NCBI GenBank assembly: GCA_947498765.1
Contig: CANMLG010000007.1
Coordinates: 19,547 to 83,546, forward strand
Origin: an uncultured Aquimarina sp.
GTDB taxonomy: Bacteria; Bacteroidota; Bacteroidia; Flavobacteriales; Flavobacteriaceae
DNA length: 64,000 bases
Direction of reading: 5' to 3'
Part shown: piece after piece, positions 48,797 through 58,963 of the stretch
Layout of the letters: each line of letters begins with the position of its first letter
How positions within the stretch are numbered: position 1 is the stretch's first letter
The notes under the pieces: generated by a model
The model's database searches: none
What the model saw: the letters and a program-made list of their open reading frames with translations, nothing else
Told to the model about the DNA's origin: nothing
Position numbers and translations under genes: made by a program

Positions 48797-50341
48797 TCAT
48801 TCTTCAAAAAACTGAAATGCTTTTTTTGAGCTTCCATTAGCATCAATAAAACCAAAATGTTTTTGCTTGTGTTTTCGCCAAGGGAGTTTGCCAACCACCG
48901 AAGTCGGAATTTGAGTAAAATCATATAAAGTCCAGGGTAGATAATGCACATTTTGCTGATCTAACATTTCTTTGAATGTAGTGTAATATTCAGCTTGTGT
49001 TTTTTCGGAAGGACCAAAAGGATTCCATAGCCCTTTGTTTGATGACAAACCAAATTCTTGTAACACTAAGGGTTTTGATGTTTTAGATTGTAAATCAGTG
49101 TATTTTTTTTCAAACTTGTCTATATCTTCATAATAATGAAAGGAAACAACATCTACATTTTTCTGTAATAAATGGGCTACTTTAGTATTTGACCAACCAA
49201 TAGTAACCAAATGATTAGGATCATATGTTTTAATTTGTGTTGCCATTTCTTTTAACCAAGCCAACACATTGGTTTTATTACGCGTTTTAAAATCCAAGTC
49301 AGGTTCATTTTTAATATCCCAGGCCAGTACAGCTTTATGGTTTTTAAATCGACTTATGAGTTGTTCGGCATGCCTGTGGGTCAATGTCCAATCAAGCACA
49401 TCATAGTTTCCATAAAAATCAAAAAGAGTAACAATTACTTTTAGGTCTTTTACCCGGGCTAGGTCCAATACTTGCTCTAGTTTGTTTAGTTTTTCAGGGA
49501 TCACTTCGGCTTTGCCAAAATCGTCATAATCCACAAATATTCGAATACTATTTAAATGAGCTTTTTTAATAATATCAAAATCTTTAGCAATAATAGTGGT
49601 GTTAAAATGATCACCAAACATATCCCATGGAGTGGCTTGTGGGTAGTAGTTGATGCCTTTGATTTGAAAAGGGGTATTTTCAAAAAATACTTGCCCGTTT
49701 TTAACGGAACTAATAGGAGTAGGTTTTGTAGTTTCAACTAATGGCTCATTAGATTGTTTTACTATATGACGAATTTTCCAAAAACCATCTTCCAACAATA
49801 AAACTACTTTATAGCTAGCAATAGTTTGGGTTTCTAACAATAGACTGTCTTGTTTAAATAGGCGCTGATATTGTCGACTGTTTTTATCAGTAAGTACGGC
49901 CAATTGACCGTCGAGACTATAAAAATCTAAGGATAAATTATGGTTTAATGTGGTAGCTTCAATACTGATATTTTTTTCTTTCTGATCCGATATGTGGTTT
50001 ACTATATTTTTGCGAGCATGCTGAGTGTAATAATCATCAATTCCATAAAGGTCATTGTTCTTATACGCTATGTTTTTCACATGCCAAGCTTTTAGGTAAT
50101 CCGATTGTATCCTGGCTAGGCTTTGTTTTTCTATAGGTCTACCTGGATTATCCGTGTTGTTCCAAATTACTTTAGGTAAATACACATTGGCATCTGGTAA
50201 TGTAACATGAAGTATTGAAGAACGATCTGCTCCTGTATTCAAATAAGAAAACAGTTGACCAATCCCAAACAGAATAAGCATATTGACACCAATAAATAAG
50301 CTAAGTAGCAAAGCACGATATGTGTTTTTACGATGCTTCAT
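48797..50341 (-). CDS. Membrane-anchored clan GH-A glycoside hydrolase (GH5/GH2-like TIM barrel) with N-terminal NTF2-like domain
   Basis: N-terminal TM; IKGINYYP, LNSIRIF, WDIKNEPD (acid/base), VVSFHYY and LVLQEFG (nucleophile). Confidence 0.85.
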   Translation of the reverse strand: MKHRKNTYRALLLSLFIGVNMLILFGIGQLFSYLNTGADRSSILHVTLPDANVYLPKVIWNNTDNPGRPIEKQSLARIQSDYLKAWHVKNIAYKNNDLYGIDDYYTQHARKNIVNHISDQKEKNISIEATTLNHNLSLDFYSLDGQLAVLTDKNSRQYQRLFKQDSLLLETQTIASYKVVLLLEDGFWKIRHIVKQSNEPLVETTKPTPISSVKNGQVFFENTPFQIKGINYYPQATPWDMFGDHFNTTIIAKDFDIIKKAHLNSIRIFVDYDDFGKAEVIPEKLNKLEQVLDLARVKDLKVIVTLFDFYGNYDVLDWTLTHRHAEQLISRFKNHKAVLAWDIKNEPDLDFKTRNKTNVLAWLKEMATQIKTYDPNHLVTIGWSNTKVAHLLQKNVDVVSFHYYEDIDKFEKKYTDLQSKTSKPLVLQEFGLSSNKGLWNPFGPSEKTQAEYYTTFKEMLDQQNVHYLPWTLYDFTQIPTSVVGKLPWRKHKQKHFGFIDANGSSKKAFQFFEE

Positions 50342-51564
50342 AATTTAATATTCGAATGAATTGATGTAAGTCCCAAGGCTTCTATAATAAAAGAATAGGT
50401 GCCAGGAGAATAAAAGCCTTTTTCTAAATCAAAAGAAATCATTCCTTTAGCGGTAGTTTTTAGTTTTGTTTCTAAAATTTGTTCATTTTTGGTTATTGTT
50501 AGTTTTACAATAGCCCCATCGGGAATCAATTGTTCCATAAAGCTTTGCAAAGGGCCAATGCTAATTCTTCTATTAGCATTGGTAAAACGTACAGGTAGTT
50601 TTTCGGTTACGCCTTTGTAGTTAATGTGAATCGTATTACTTGTGGCCATGCCATTTATTTGTGAAGTAACTTCCCAAGTGGCTTTATGATCGGGATGTAG
50701 CATAAAAGCTGTTGCCACCCCATTAATACTCATGCCTTGTGTTTTTAATGAACTGTTGTTTTGGTTTTTAATTATAAAATTCACTAAAGTACCATCGCTA
50801 ATCGTATTTCCATAAGTATCTTTTATTACCGAAGTGGTAAAAGTGGTGATTTGATTCCCATCGGCATAAATGTGTTCACGTTGATAATCAATAGTAAAAT
50901 TTGTGGGTTGTGCCGGAAAAACCTCAATAGAAAATTCTTTTGAACTAACATCATTTAGTGTTGATGAAACTAATATCCGTCCTGATTTGGTATCCGAATG
51001 TATCGTTTTCCAGGCGATCAGGTCGGTGGTTTTAATCGAAGCTTCTTTTTGATCATCTAAAAATTGATGTTTAATTGAAATAGGTGTATTATTTGCAATA
51101 GGATTGTCATAGCCATCGGTAGGCACTACAACTAGCATAGTATAATCGTGTGTGCCAGCAGAAATACTTGGGGGTCCAATGTAGGATTCTAGTTTATGCG
51201 TATTTTTAGTATTTGCAGTAATTGTAATGTTTCCTTGGTATAAAGTAACGCCTTCAGAAATTAATTGAAAATCGAGTACTCCTTTTTTAGTGCTTATTTT
51301 TTCTGGAAAGGAAAAAGAAGCGTCGGATAACTCATAATCTGGATTAATAATTGTAGTTCCGTAGGCACTATGGCAGACTAAATTTACTGTTGTAGGGGCA
51401 TTCAACTCAAATTCCAAAGTGATGTGCTCACTAGCTTCAAAAACCGTTTGTGTGGTAGTTAATTTGGCCGTTATTGCCTGTTGCACGAATGCATACGAAT
51501 AGCAACTTAGGCATATAAGGCATAAGGATATGAATAGACTATTATGTTGATTATTTAACTTCAA
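50338..51564 (-). CDS. Exported protein with Ig-like (invasin/Big-type) domains
   Basis: Signal peptide; ADGNQITTFTTSVIKDTYGNTISDGTLVNF motif of Big_1-type folds. Confidence 0.6.
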   Translation of the reverse strand: MKLNNQHNSLFISLCLICLSCYSYAFVQQAITAKLTTTQTVFEASEHITLEFELNAPTTVNLVCHSAYGTTIINPDYELSDASFSFPEKISTKKGVLDFQLISEGVTLYQGNITITANTKNTHKLESYIGPPSISAGTHDYTMLVVVPTDGYDNPIANNTPISIKHQFLDDQKEASIKTTDLIAWKTIHSDTKSGRILVSSTLNDVSSKEFSIEVFPAQPTNFTIDYQREHIYADGNQITTFTTSVIKDTYGNTISDGTLVNFIIKNQNNSSLKTQGMSINGVATAFMLHPDHKATWEVTSQINGMATSNTIHINYKGVTEKLPVRFTNANRRISIGPLQSFMEQLIPDGAIVKLTITKNEQILETKLKTTAKGMISFDLEKGFYSPGTYSFIIEALGLTSIHSNIKL

Positions 51565-51574
51565 TTCTTCATAT

Positions 51575-54500
51575 TTAATTTGGTGCTCCTACGTAATTAT
51601 TCAATGCTATTTTTAGGTATGAAAAGCCTTTTCCTTTTACAGGAATTAAATCATCATTTTTGCTTTTATACTTTGTGCCTACATCTATTTTTTCAAGTAA
51701 AGCTTTATTGGGTAATCCATTTACAAAGGTGTTTTCGGTAGTATCTTTAAGTACGTTTAAGCCAATAATATTTGGCAGTTCAAATGAAAAAAATTGTTTG
51801 CGTTGTTGTCTAATTCCTTCGGGTAAAAAGTGATGCGTTACCCAAATTAATTGTTTGTTTTTATCATAATAAGAAACCAATAGTTGGGGAATGGTTACTT
51901 CTTGCAAGCCCGCATTAAAGAGTATTCCTGTAATAGTTTCATTAGTTATCGTTATTTCTTGGAGTGCCACACTTTTGTAAAGATCTACATTGGCAACATT
52001 TCCCGCGCACTGTAAATCAAAAGTAGCCGGTATTTCTTTTATAGAAGCTGGTGTAAATTCCTTTGGGTTAAAAGTTTTAGGGCCTTTGTCCGTATTTTTT
52101 TGCCAAGCAATCCCTTCAAAATTTATGCGAAAGCTTGTGACTTCTTTAGGAAGTAATTTATGTTTCATTTGATGCATTACATTATAGGAAGCTAATTTGT
52201 TATTGGAGTGGTTGTATAAGGAAGCATTAACAACAACATCGGCAGGAACATCATCTACATTCTGTAACTGACCAATAATACTATATTGATTATTGAATTG
52301 AATAAGTTTGGAAGAAAGTACTTCTAATACAGGCTGTTTTAAAACATCTTCGTGATGTGTTTGTTCAGAGGTAATTCGACGTCGTCCGTGATTGTGAAAT
52401 TTAGTGGTGTTTACTGAAAATAATTGATCTGGTGGTAAGTCTAAATCATAATCCGATGGTGTAATAAACCATTTGTTATTTAGCTTATATAATTCATGGT
52501 GGTATTCCTTTTCAATACGTTCCAAAGGAGTAATCCAAAAAGTGTTTACCGTTACTTTTGCAATACTATCGTTTTGTGAAATAAGCTTGGTTTTAATAGC
52601 ATCAAGTTTGGCATAAGAGCTCAATAATCCATCATTTACAGCAATTTCTAACATATACTGGTCTTTAGTTTTATGATTTTTAGGGTTTAAATAGGAATAA
52701 GCACGTTCAAATTCTTTAAAATCCAAGGCATCATAATACGCAGCAATCACATTTTGAGGACTAATTTGTGTGGCGTTTACTAAGTAAAATTTATAGCTTC
52801 CTAAACCTAAAAAAAATAAGCAGAGCAGAATCCAACCCAAAGAAAAAGAAATAATCTGTGGATTAAATTTTATGTACGAAATAGAAAAGTTGAGATAGTT
52901 AGCTTTTGGCAAAGGGATTATTTTAAGCACTCGATTCCAAAGGCGTTTAAAATGTAATAGAAATACGATAATTAGCGTACTTACGGGAACAATGCCCCAA
53001 AGTAATTTTTGAAAAAGCGGAATTTCATCTTTGGGTAAAATACTGGCTAATGGTTTGACATTTAGTTTTTCCCAAACCATAATGCCATTTTCTAACTGGC
53101 GCAAGCGTTGCCAACCACAAAAATAAAGGATGGGATCATAAAATTTATCGTTAGAAAATACATACTTTAAATGATATTTTTCGGGTACCGTAAGGAATTG
53201 TTGTAAAGACCCTAAGCCTTCGATTCCTCTAAATTTCGAATTTTCTAAACGCTCTACAGCTCTGGTTGTTAATTCGGGTAACCTGCGAGCGGAGTGGTAA
53301 TTTCCATCGACCGTCATGGCATTAGTTTGCGCTGATAGCCATGCCATTTGATCGCCAAAACCTAAGGGTAAAAATCGCCAATGGTCATGCTGATCTTGAT
53401 TTAAAAAATTAAGAATAGGAAGCATGTTAATTTTTTGGGGTTGCGAAGGTTTAAAATAGCTAAGGTTGACCGAAAAAATGAATACGCCTATAATTCCGCT
53501 GACCAAAAAACCTCCTAATAAACGATGCAAAACACTTCCAAATTTGCGTTGTAAAGTTTCTTTTAAATCTCCTTCAATAAAACGAAAAAGGAATTCGCCA
53601 AATAAAGGCAAGGCCATAATGGAGGCCCAAAGAGTAAATCGATCAAGCGTAAGGATGTTAAAGGCATTTTCGCCTAATATTAATTTAGGGATAGGCGTAG
53701 TGCCCCCTGTGCCTAAAAGCGTAAGAAAACTAAAAGATAAACCGAAAAATAAGTAACGTTTGCTGTAAAATCGATAAAATAAATAGGGAAATACAAAGAG
53801 TAATATACCCCAAGGAATAATAAAAAAGACTAAGCCCGATGAGGTTACCTCTATAAAATTATCTCGTGACCCATGAGGTATGGGAACTTGAGTAATGGGA
53901 TTGTTTTTAGTGTTTATCCAATAGGGAAGGATACAAAATATGATTAATGCTAAAGCATTTATTCCAAAACTTAAAATGCGTTTAAAGTGTTTAAAAAATG
54001 TTTTTAAAAACAAAGTAAAACGTACTTTTTTATAAGAACCTACATTTTCACGGGCAATGTCCATAAGCACCATTCCCAGTAAAGGGAAAATAAAGAATAC
54101 CATTCCAAAAATAGGAGTCACATGATGCGATGTAATGGTAACAGCAAGTAAACTAAGAGCCGCTAACAGGTGCTTGTATTTCTTAGTTGTAATCCATAAA
54201 TAAATTTCGGGCAGACAATGCATAAGTACCGAAATGCCAATAATACTAGGTAGTTGCCCAAAAACATGTAAAGTTTCGACAAATGAAGAAGAAAATACGG
54301 CTGCAATTGCGGCATAACCCGCCACTTTTCTGTCCCCTGTAAATAGTAATGAAAACCGATAAACGCCCGTAATAAATAAAAGTATGGCAATAAAGGCTAC
54401 AGCAAATAAGCCAAATTTTAAACCGCCGATAAAGGAAAACAGGGCAATAGATTGATGCACCAAAGGTGGATAGCCCGTTACAGTAAAGCCAGTATACCAT

Positions 54501-54664
54501 TTGTAGTTCCAGGGTTCAAACCAATGACTGGCATAATGCTCGGCAAAGCACAAATGTATAAGTGCATCATAGGTGGTTTCCAGGGTAAAAAACAAACTGA
54601 TTCCATGTAAGGTAATCCCTAGTATTAAGGCACTAATTAGGTATTTATTGGTTTTAATTGGCAT
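51575..54664 (-). CDS. 1029-aa polytopic membrane protein, GT-C-like N-half plus extracytoplasmic NTF2-like and FxLYD-like domains
   Basis: TYDALIH after TM1, GYPPLVHQ, SHHVT and DRFTLW motifs; ~13 TM segments; C-terminal IIGQLQN...VNASLYN. Confidence 0.6.
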   Translation of the reverse strand: MPIKTNKYLISALILGITLHGISLFFTLETTYDALIHLCFAEHYASHWFEPWNYKWYTGFTVTGYPPLVHQSIALFSFIGGLKFGLFAVAFIAILLFITGVYRFSLLFTGDRKVAGYAAIAAVFSSSFVETLHVFGQLPSIIGISVLMHCLPEIYLWITTKKYKHLLAALSLLAVTITSHHVTPIFGMVFFIFPLLGMVLMDIARENVGSYKKVRFTLFLKTFFKHFKRILSFGINALALIIFCILPYWINTKNNPITQVPIPHGSRDNFIEVTSSGLVFFIIPWGILLFVFPYLFYRFYSKRYLFFGLSFSFLTLLGTGGTTPIPKLILGENAFNILTLDRFTLWASIMALPLFGEFLFRFIEGDLKETLQRKFGSVLHRLLGGFLVSGIIGVFIFSVNLSYFKPSQPQKINMLPILNFLNQDQHDHWRFLPLGFGDQMAWLSAQTNAMTVDGNYHSARRLPELTTRAVERLENSKFRGIEGLGSLQQFLTVPEKYHLKYVFSNDKFYDPILYFCGWQRLRQLENGIMVWEKLNVKPLASILPKDEIPLFQKLLWGIVPVSTLIIVFLLHFKRLWNRVLKIIPLPKANYLNFSISYIKFNPQIISFSLGWILLCLFFLGLGSYKFYLVNATQISPQNVIAAYYDALDFKEFERAYSYLNPKNHKTKDQYMLEIAVNDGLLSSYAKLDAIKTKLISQNDSIAKVTVNTFWITPLERIEKEYHHELYKLNNKWFITPSDYDLDLPPDQLFSVNTTKFHNHGRRRITSEQTHHEDVLKQPVLEVLSSKLIQFNNQYSIIGQLQNVDDVPADVVVNASLYNHSNNKLASYNVMHQMKHKLLPKEVTSFRINFEGIAWQKNTDKGPKTFNPKEFTPASIKEIPATFDLQCAGNVANVDLYKSVALQEITITNETITGILFNAGLQEVTIPQLLVSYYDKNKQLIWVTHHFLPEGIRQQRKQFFSFELPNIIGLNVLKDTTENTFVNGLPNKALLEKIDVGTKYKSKNDDLIPVKGKGFSYLKIALNNYVGAPN

Positions 54665-54724
54665 CTAAAATAAATATACAACAAAGGCTTTATTTTTAGG
54701 TAACTGTTTGACTTTTAATTAAAA

Positions 54725-54794
54725 CCATTCGGCTATAGCAAGCTTCTACTCATCGAAATATCCCTATTTAAGCAGGCATGCAGCGGTACATTTG
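54725..54794 (+). promoter_or_regulatory. Two 21-bp-spaced repeats plus -7 box upstream of GT2
   Basis: ccattcggctat 54725, ctactcatcgaa 54746; exact TACATTTG at 54787-54794. Confidence 0.68.
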
Positions 54795-54818
54795 GGTATA
54801 ATCAAAACCCAAATTATT

Positions 54819-55622
54819 ATGAAAACTGGAATAATCATACCTTGTTATAATGAAGAAAATAGATTAGATGTTACTGCATTTAAAAACTTTATTACTACGG
54901 ATAATGCCTATCATTTATGTTTTGTAAATGATGGAAGTAAGGATAATACCATTGATGTGTTAAAAGGGATTCAAAAAACGAATCCGAATAAAGTGAGCAT
55001 TGTTGATGTAAAAGAAAATGCAGGTAAAGCTGCAGCGGTTAGATCAGGAGCAAAATATTTGTACACACAAAAAAAGGTAGATTATATAGGTTTTATGGAT
55101 GCAGACCTTTCAACAGATTTTAATGATTTTGGAAATTTAGTACATACACTACACACAGATAAAAAATTAGGTTTTGTTTTTGGATCTCGAGCAAAAGAGG
55201 CTTCTTCCGAAATTAAAAAAGATGGGGTAAGAGCCATAATTTCAAAACTTATAAATGTATTAATTGTATTTATTATAGGTTTGTCAATAGCCGATACTCA
55301 ATGTGGAGCAAAAGTGTTTAATGCAAATTTAGTACCGTTACTTTTTGGAAGGAAATTTTACACCAAATGGTTATTTGATGTAGAAATGTTTATTCGAATG
55401 AAAAGATACTTTGGAAAGCAAAAAACAATGCAAATGATTTTAGAGCAGCCTTTACACAGATGGATACATATGGAAGATTCTAAATTAGGATGGAGAGATT
55501 CTATTGAAATCCCATTTCGATTATTATCAATTTGGATGAATTACAATATTTTCAATTTTGGAATGGAATTTCAACCTGAAGCAATAGCGAACTTATCAAA
55601 TGAATTAATCTGGGTTAAATAG
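54819..55622 (+). CDS. GT2 polyprenyl-phosphate glycosyltransferase (Dol-P-Glc/Dol-P-Man synthase-like)
   Basis: IIIPCYNEE, VNDGSKD, GKAAAV, FMDADLST, DTQCGAKVF and WLFDVE. The ORF-track start TTG 54792 lies inside the -7 box, so ATG 54819 is preferred. Confidence 0.88.
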   Translation: MKTGIIIPCYNEENRLDVTAFKNFITTDNAYHLCFVNDGSKDNTIDVLKGIQKTNPNKVSIVDVKENAGKAAAVRSGAKYLYTQKKVDYIGFMDADLSTDFNDFGNLVHTLHTDKKLGFVFGSRAKEASSEIKKDGVRAIISKLINVLIVFIIGLSIADTQCGAKVFNANLVPLLFGRKFYTKWLFDVEMFIRMKRYFGKQKTMQMILEQPLHRWIHMEDSKLGWRDSIEIPFRLLSIWMNYNIFNFGMEFQPEAIANLSNELIWVK

Positions 55623-55703
55623 TATAAACAATTCAATTCTGGTTTTTTAGGGAAGCTTTTTGCTGATTTTTCTCTCTTTTTGAAAAGTGTATTACTAAAG
55701 AAA

Positions 55704-56774
55704 TTAAAACTCAGCAAAACGCTTATCAAAAATGAAATTAGTATCCGTGAGTGTTTTTAAAAAAGCAATCAATTGTTCTTTTTCCTCTGCTGTCAAAGGA
55801 ATACCTATTTTGCCATCTTTATTTAATGAGGGATCAAGAGTATTGCTGTTTTCCATACCAGAATCATAAAAATCTAATACATCTTTTAAGGTTTTAAATC
55901 GGCCATCATGCATGTATGGTAATGTTAGCTCAACATTACGCAGGCTGGGTACTCTAAATTTTCTGGCATCAGCTTCTAAGCCCGAAACTAATTGACGCCC
56001 TATATCATTATATTCTGGATGTAGTGGTAATCCATTATTTCGATAGGACTGATCGGTAAATAGTATACCTGCATGGCAACTGGCACATTTAGACTCAAAA
56101 AGTACTTGCCCCATTTCTTCCTCCTTAGTTAGGCTTATTCCACCTTCATTACGAATAGATTTGTCATACTTACTATCTGCAGAAATCATGGTTAGCATAA
56201 ATTGTGAAAGTGCTTTTAGCATATTTTCCGAATCAATTTTTCCATTCTCGAAAGCCGCTTCAAATAAAGAAGGGTAATCCTCATCTTCCGATAATTTTTT
56301 TAGTACGTTAGTAAAAGTTTCATTCATTTCAACGTCCGAAGTAATCGGTATTATAGGTTGCATATCTAAATGATTTGCAGCGCCATCCCAATTGAACGCT
56401 TGCATAAACGCCATATTTTGAATAGGAGGTGAATTTCGAGTTCCTAATAAACCATTTACACCGTGACTTACAATGTGCTTATGGTGTGTAAATGAAAATT
56501 CTTGTCTATGACACTCACCACATGAAATTACTCCTGTGGATGATAATTTGCCTTCGTAAAATAAGCGCTTTCCTAAAGCAAAACCTTCTTGAGTTGGAGG
56601 GTTTAATGCTAAATCATAAGTTAATTTTTCAAAATTTTCGGGTATTTCAATTTTTAAAGGAGTTGGATTAAAGGCTTTTTTTTGGGGGATATCTTCATAG
56701 TTTGTTTCTTTCTCTGTATCATTTGAACAGGAAAAAAGAACTATATATGATATCATTACAAAAGCGATTCTCAT
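55704..56774 (-). CDS. Di-heme cytochrome c peroxidase-family lipoprotein (MbnH/MauG-like)
   Basis: Two CxxCH motifs (CGECH, CASCH), RNSPPI, FRVPSLRNV and PYMHDG; lipobox LFSC. Confidence 0.88.
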   Translation of the reverse strand: MRIAFVMISYIVLFSCSNDTEKETNYEDIPQKKAFNPTPLKIEIPENFEKLTYDLALNPPTQEGFALGKRLFYEGKLSSTGVISCGECHRQEFSFTHHKHIVSHGVNGLLGTRNSPPIQNMAFMQAFNWDGAANHLDMQPIIPITSDVEMNETFTNVLKKLSEDEDYPSLFEAAFENGKIDSENMLKALSQFMLTMISADSKYDKSIRNEGGISLTKEEEMGQVLFESKCASCHAGILFTDQSYRNNGLPLHPEYNDIGRQLVSGLEADARKFRVPSLRNVELTLPYMHDGRFKTLKDVLDFYDSGMENSNTLDPSLNKDGKIGIPLTAEEKEQLIAFLKTLTDTNFIFDKRFAEF

Positions 56775-56780
56775 TATTCT

Positions 56781-57569
56781 TTACTCTTTTATCGAAAACA
56801 TAGTTTGCACATTTGCGGCATATTTAGGTGAATTTTCAGGATCTATCTGTATTTCATCTTTTGTGGCAAGTGACATTGTATTCACAGCATCAAATACTTT
56901 GGCTATATCTACTTCTAAAGTTGTATAGGTGTTTTTTAAAGTAGTAACGACAAGTGAATTAAGGGGTAGTGCTACTTCTTTGTAATTGTCAACATTTGTT
57001 CCATGACTGCCTACATGAATTAAAAAATCTTTAGTTGTTGCTTGCGCAGAAGTTTTATAAGTACCCTCAAATTTGATAAATTTATAGCCTGCTGCCCATC
57101 CCCAAAGCATTTTTGCTTCTTCCGCTTTTGGAATAAAATTTAAGGTTCCTGATTTTATAGGATACTTACTTTGATCTACTCCAAAACCAAATTTAAGAGA
57201 TGTATATTCTCCGGTAGGTACATTTGAAAAATTGAGACTTAGTGTTTCTGTATCGGCTTGATTGATTAAAAAATAGCTATTGCTTTTTGGGTATACAAAC
57301 TCATTACCATCGTTATCTATAAATACAAAATCACTCAAAATATATTTTAATTCAGAAACGCTATACGTTTCTCCTGAAGCATTTGTATACGAATCAGAAT
57401 TTAAAACCAATGTAGCATTTTGAACAAGATTAGTTACACTTAGTGTTACATTGCCAAATTCAGCCTCCTTTTGTTTGGCCTCATTTTTATCATCAGTAGT
57501 ACAGGTAAATAAGCTTAGGCATAGTAGACTTATTGCAAAAATTTGGTTTTTTTTCATTTTCTTAATCAT
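56781..57569 (-). CDS. MbnP-family copper-binding lipoprotein
   Basis: MLWGWAAGYKFIKFEG (WxW motif) and IHVG; directly upstream of the CcP-family gene. Confidence 0.8.
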   Translation of the reverse strand: MIKKMKKNQIFAISLLCLSLFTCTTDDKNEAKQKEAEFGNVTLSVTNLVQNATLVLNSDSYTNASGETYSVSELKYILSDFVFIDNDGNEFVYPKSNSYFLINQADTETLSLNFSNVPTGEYTSLKFGFGVDQSKYPIKSGTLNFIPKAEEAKMLWGWAAGYKFIKFEGTYKTSAQATTKDFLIHVGSHGTNVDNYKEVALPLNSLVVTTLKNTYTTLEVDIAKVFDAVNTMSLATKDEIQIDPENSPKYAANVQTMFSIKE

Positions 57570-58957
57570 TTTGATAAGCTAATTACAAGCGCATCTTTTT
57601 TTCCTTTATTATTTATTTGTGTATCGGCACTTTCCGAATCGCCGACTACCAAAATATTTCCGTTGTTATCTTCTAAAATTCCGTAAGCAAAATCAAAACT
57701 ATCCCCTCCAAAAGCGGAGGACCATTGCAATTTTAAATCCTGATCAATTTCTGTTATGTAATAATCATTTTCATTTTTACTATTTAATACGTCACCATCT
57801 TTACTACGAGTGTGCCCCGAAATTAAAAAAGTACCCGATTTTGTTTCAAAAATATCCTGTGCAGTATCAAAATCAGTTCCACCTATTGAAAGTTGCTCTA
57901 ATAGGTCTCCATTGGTGTTAATTTTTATGATCCAAACATCAGCATTGCCTTTGTTTTCATTTACATCGCCATCAGCACTTCTGGAATCACCAATAATAAC
58001 ATAATTTCCATCATTAGTTTGGGTAATGGCATTTGCGATATCAATGCCCGAACCGCCAAAAGTTTTTTCCCAAATTAAATCACCCAAAGCATTAATTTTA
58101 ACTACCCAATAATCATAACTTCCTTTGTTATTTGAAATATCAAAATCGTTACTCTCAGTAGCTCCAATTAAAATAAAATGCCCTTCATTAGTTACTATAA
58201 TATCATTGGCTCTGTCATTGCTAGATCCGCCAAAAAACTTTTCCCACTCTTTAATGCCATTTTTATCTAATTTGTGCACCCAAAATTCACCTACACCATG
58301 GAGTGTTTTTAATGATTTGGCAGCTTTATTAGTTTTAACAGGTACTATATTGGGGCCTTCATAATTATCAACATCCAAAAAACCAGCAGTAACAAAGCCC
58401 TCATCGGGTGTTTGTTTTACAGCAAAAGCGCGATCATCACCTAAAAAGCCAAAAGTTTTTTCCCAAAGTAAATTTCCTTCAGCATCTAGCTTTACAATCC
58501 AATGATCGTAAGACCCTGAATTAGTAGACACATTGCCATCATTACTTCGGCTATAGCCAGAAACAATAAAACCACCATCGGTAGTTTTAGAAATAGTTTC
58601 ACCTCTATCATCATCACTACCGCCATAAGTTTTACTCCAAATAATGTTGCCTTCTGGACTTAATTTAACTATCCAAAAATCTTGAGTTCCTAGTGTTCTA
58701 TTTAAATCACCATCAACGCTTTCGGTATTGCCGAGTAAAATATAATTATCGCCTTGCAATACCACAGATTTTATCTCATCATTTAAGCTTCCACCAATAT
58801 TTTTAATCCAGTTTTGTTGTAATGTTACTGAAAGTATTGGCTTATTTGAATTTAGGTTATCTGATTCATTTTCATTGTTTTCTGAAGAGGAACAACTCAA
58901 ACAAAAAATAGTTACTATTACAGTGAAAAAAAAATATTTTATTAAATTTTTAAACAT
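57566..58957 (-). CDS. Beta-propeller repeat lipoprotein
   Basis: Lipobox LSC; repeated D.WivKld.eGnliWeKtfGGs.dD blades. Confidence 0.75.
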   Translation of the reverse strand: MFKNLIKYFFFTVIVTIFCLSCSSSENNENESDNLNSNKPILSVTLQQNWIKNIGGSLNDEIKSVVLQGDNYILLGNTESVDGDLNRTLGTQDFWIVKLSPEGNIIWSKTYGGSDDDRGETISKTTDGGFIVSGYSRSNDGNVSTNSGSYDHWIVKLDAEGNLLWEKTFGFLGDDRAFAVKQTPDEGFVTAGFLDVDNYEGPNIVPVKTNKAAKSLKTLHGVGEFWVHKLDKNGIKEWEKFFGGSSNDRANDIIVTNEGHFILIGATESNDFDISNNKGSYDYWVVKINALGDLIWEKTFGGSGIDIANAITQTNDGNYVIIGDSRSADGDVNENKGNADVWIIKINTNGDLLEQLSIGGTDFDTAQDIFETKSGTFLISGHTRSKDGDVLNSKNENDYYITEIDQDLKLQWSSAFGGDSFDFAYGILEDNNGNILVVGDSESADTQINNKGKKDALVISLSK

Positions 58958-58963
58958 AACACC

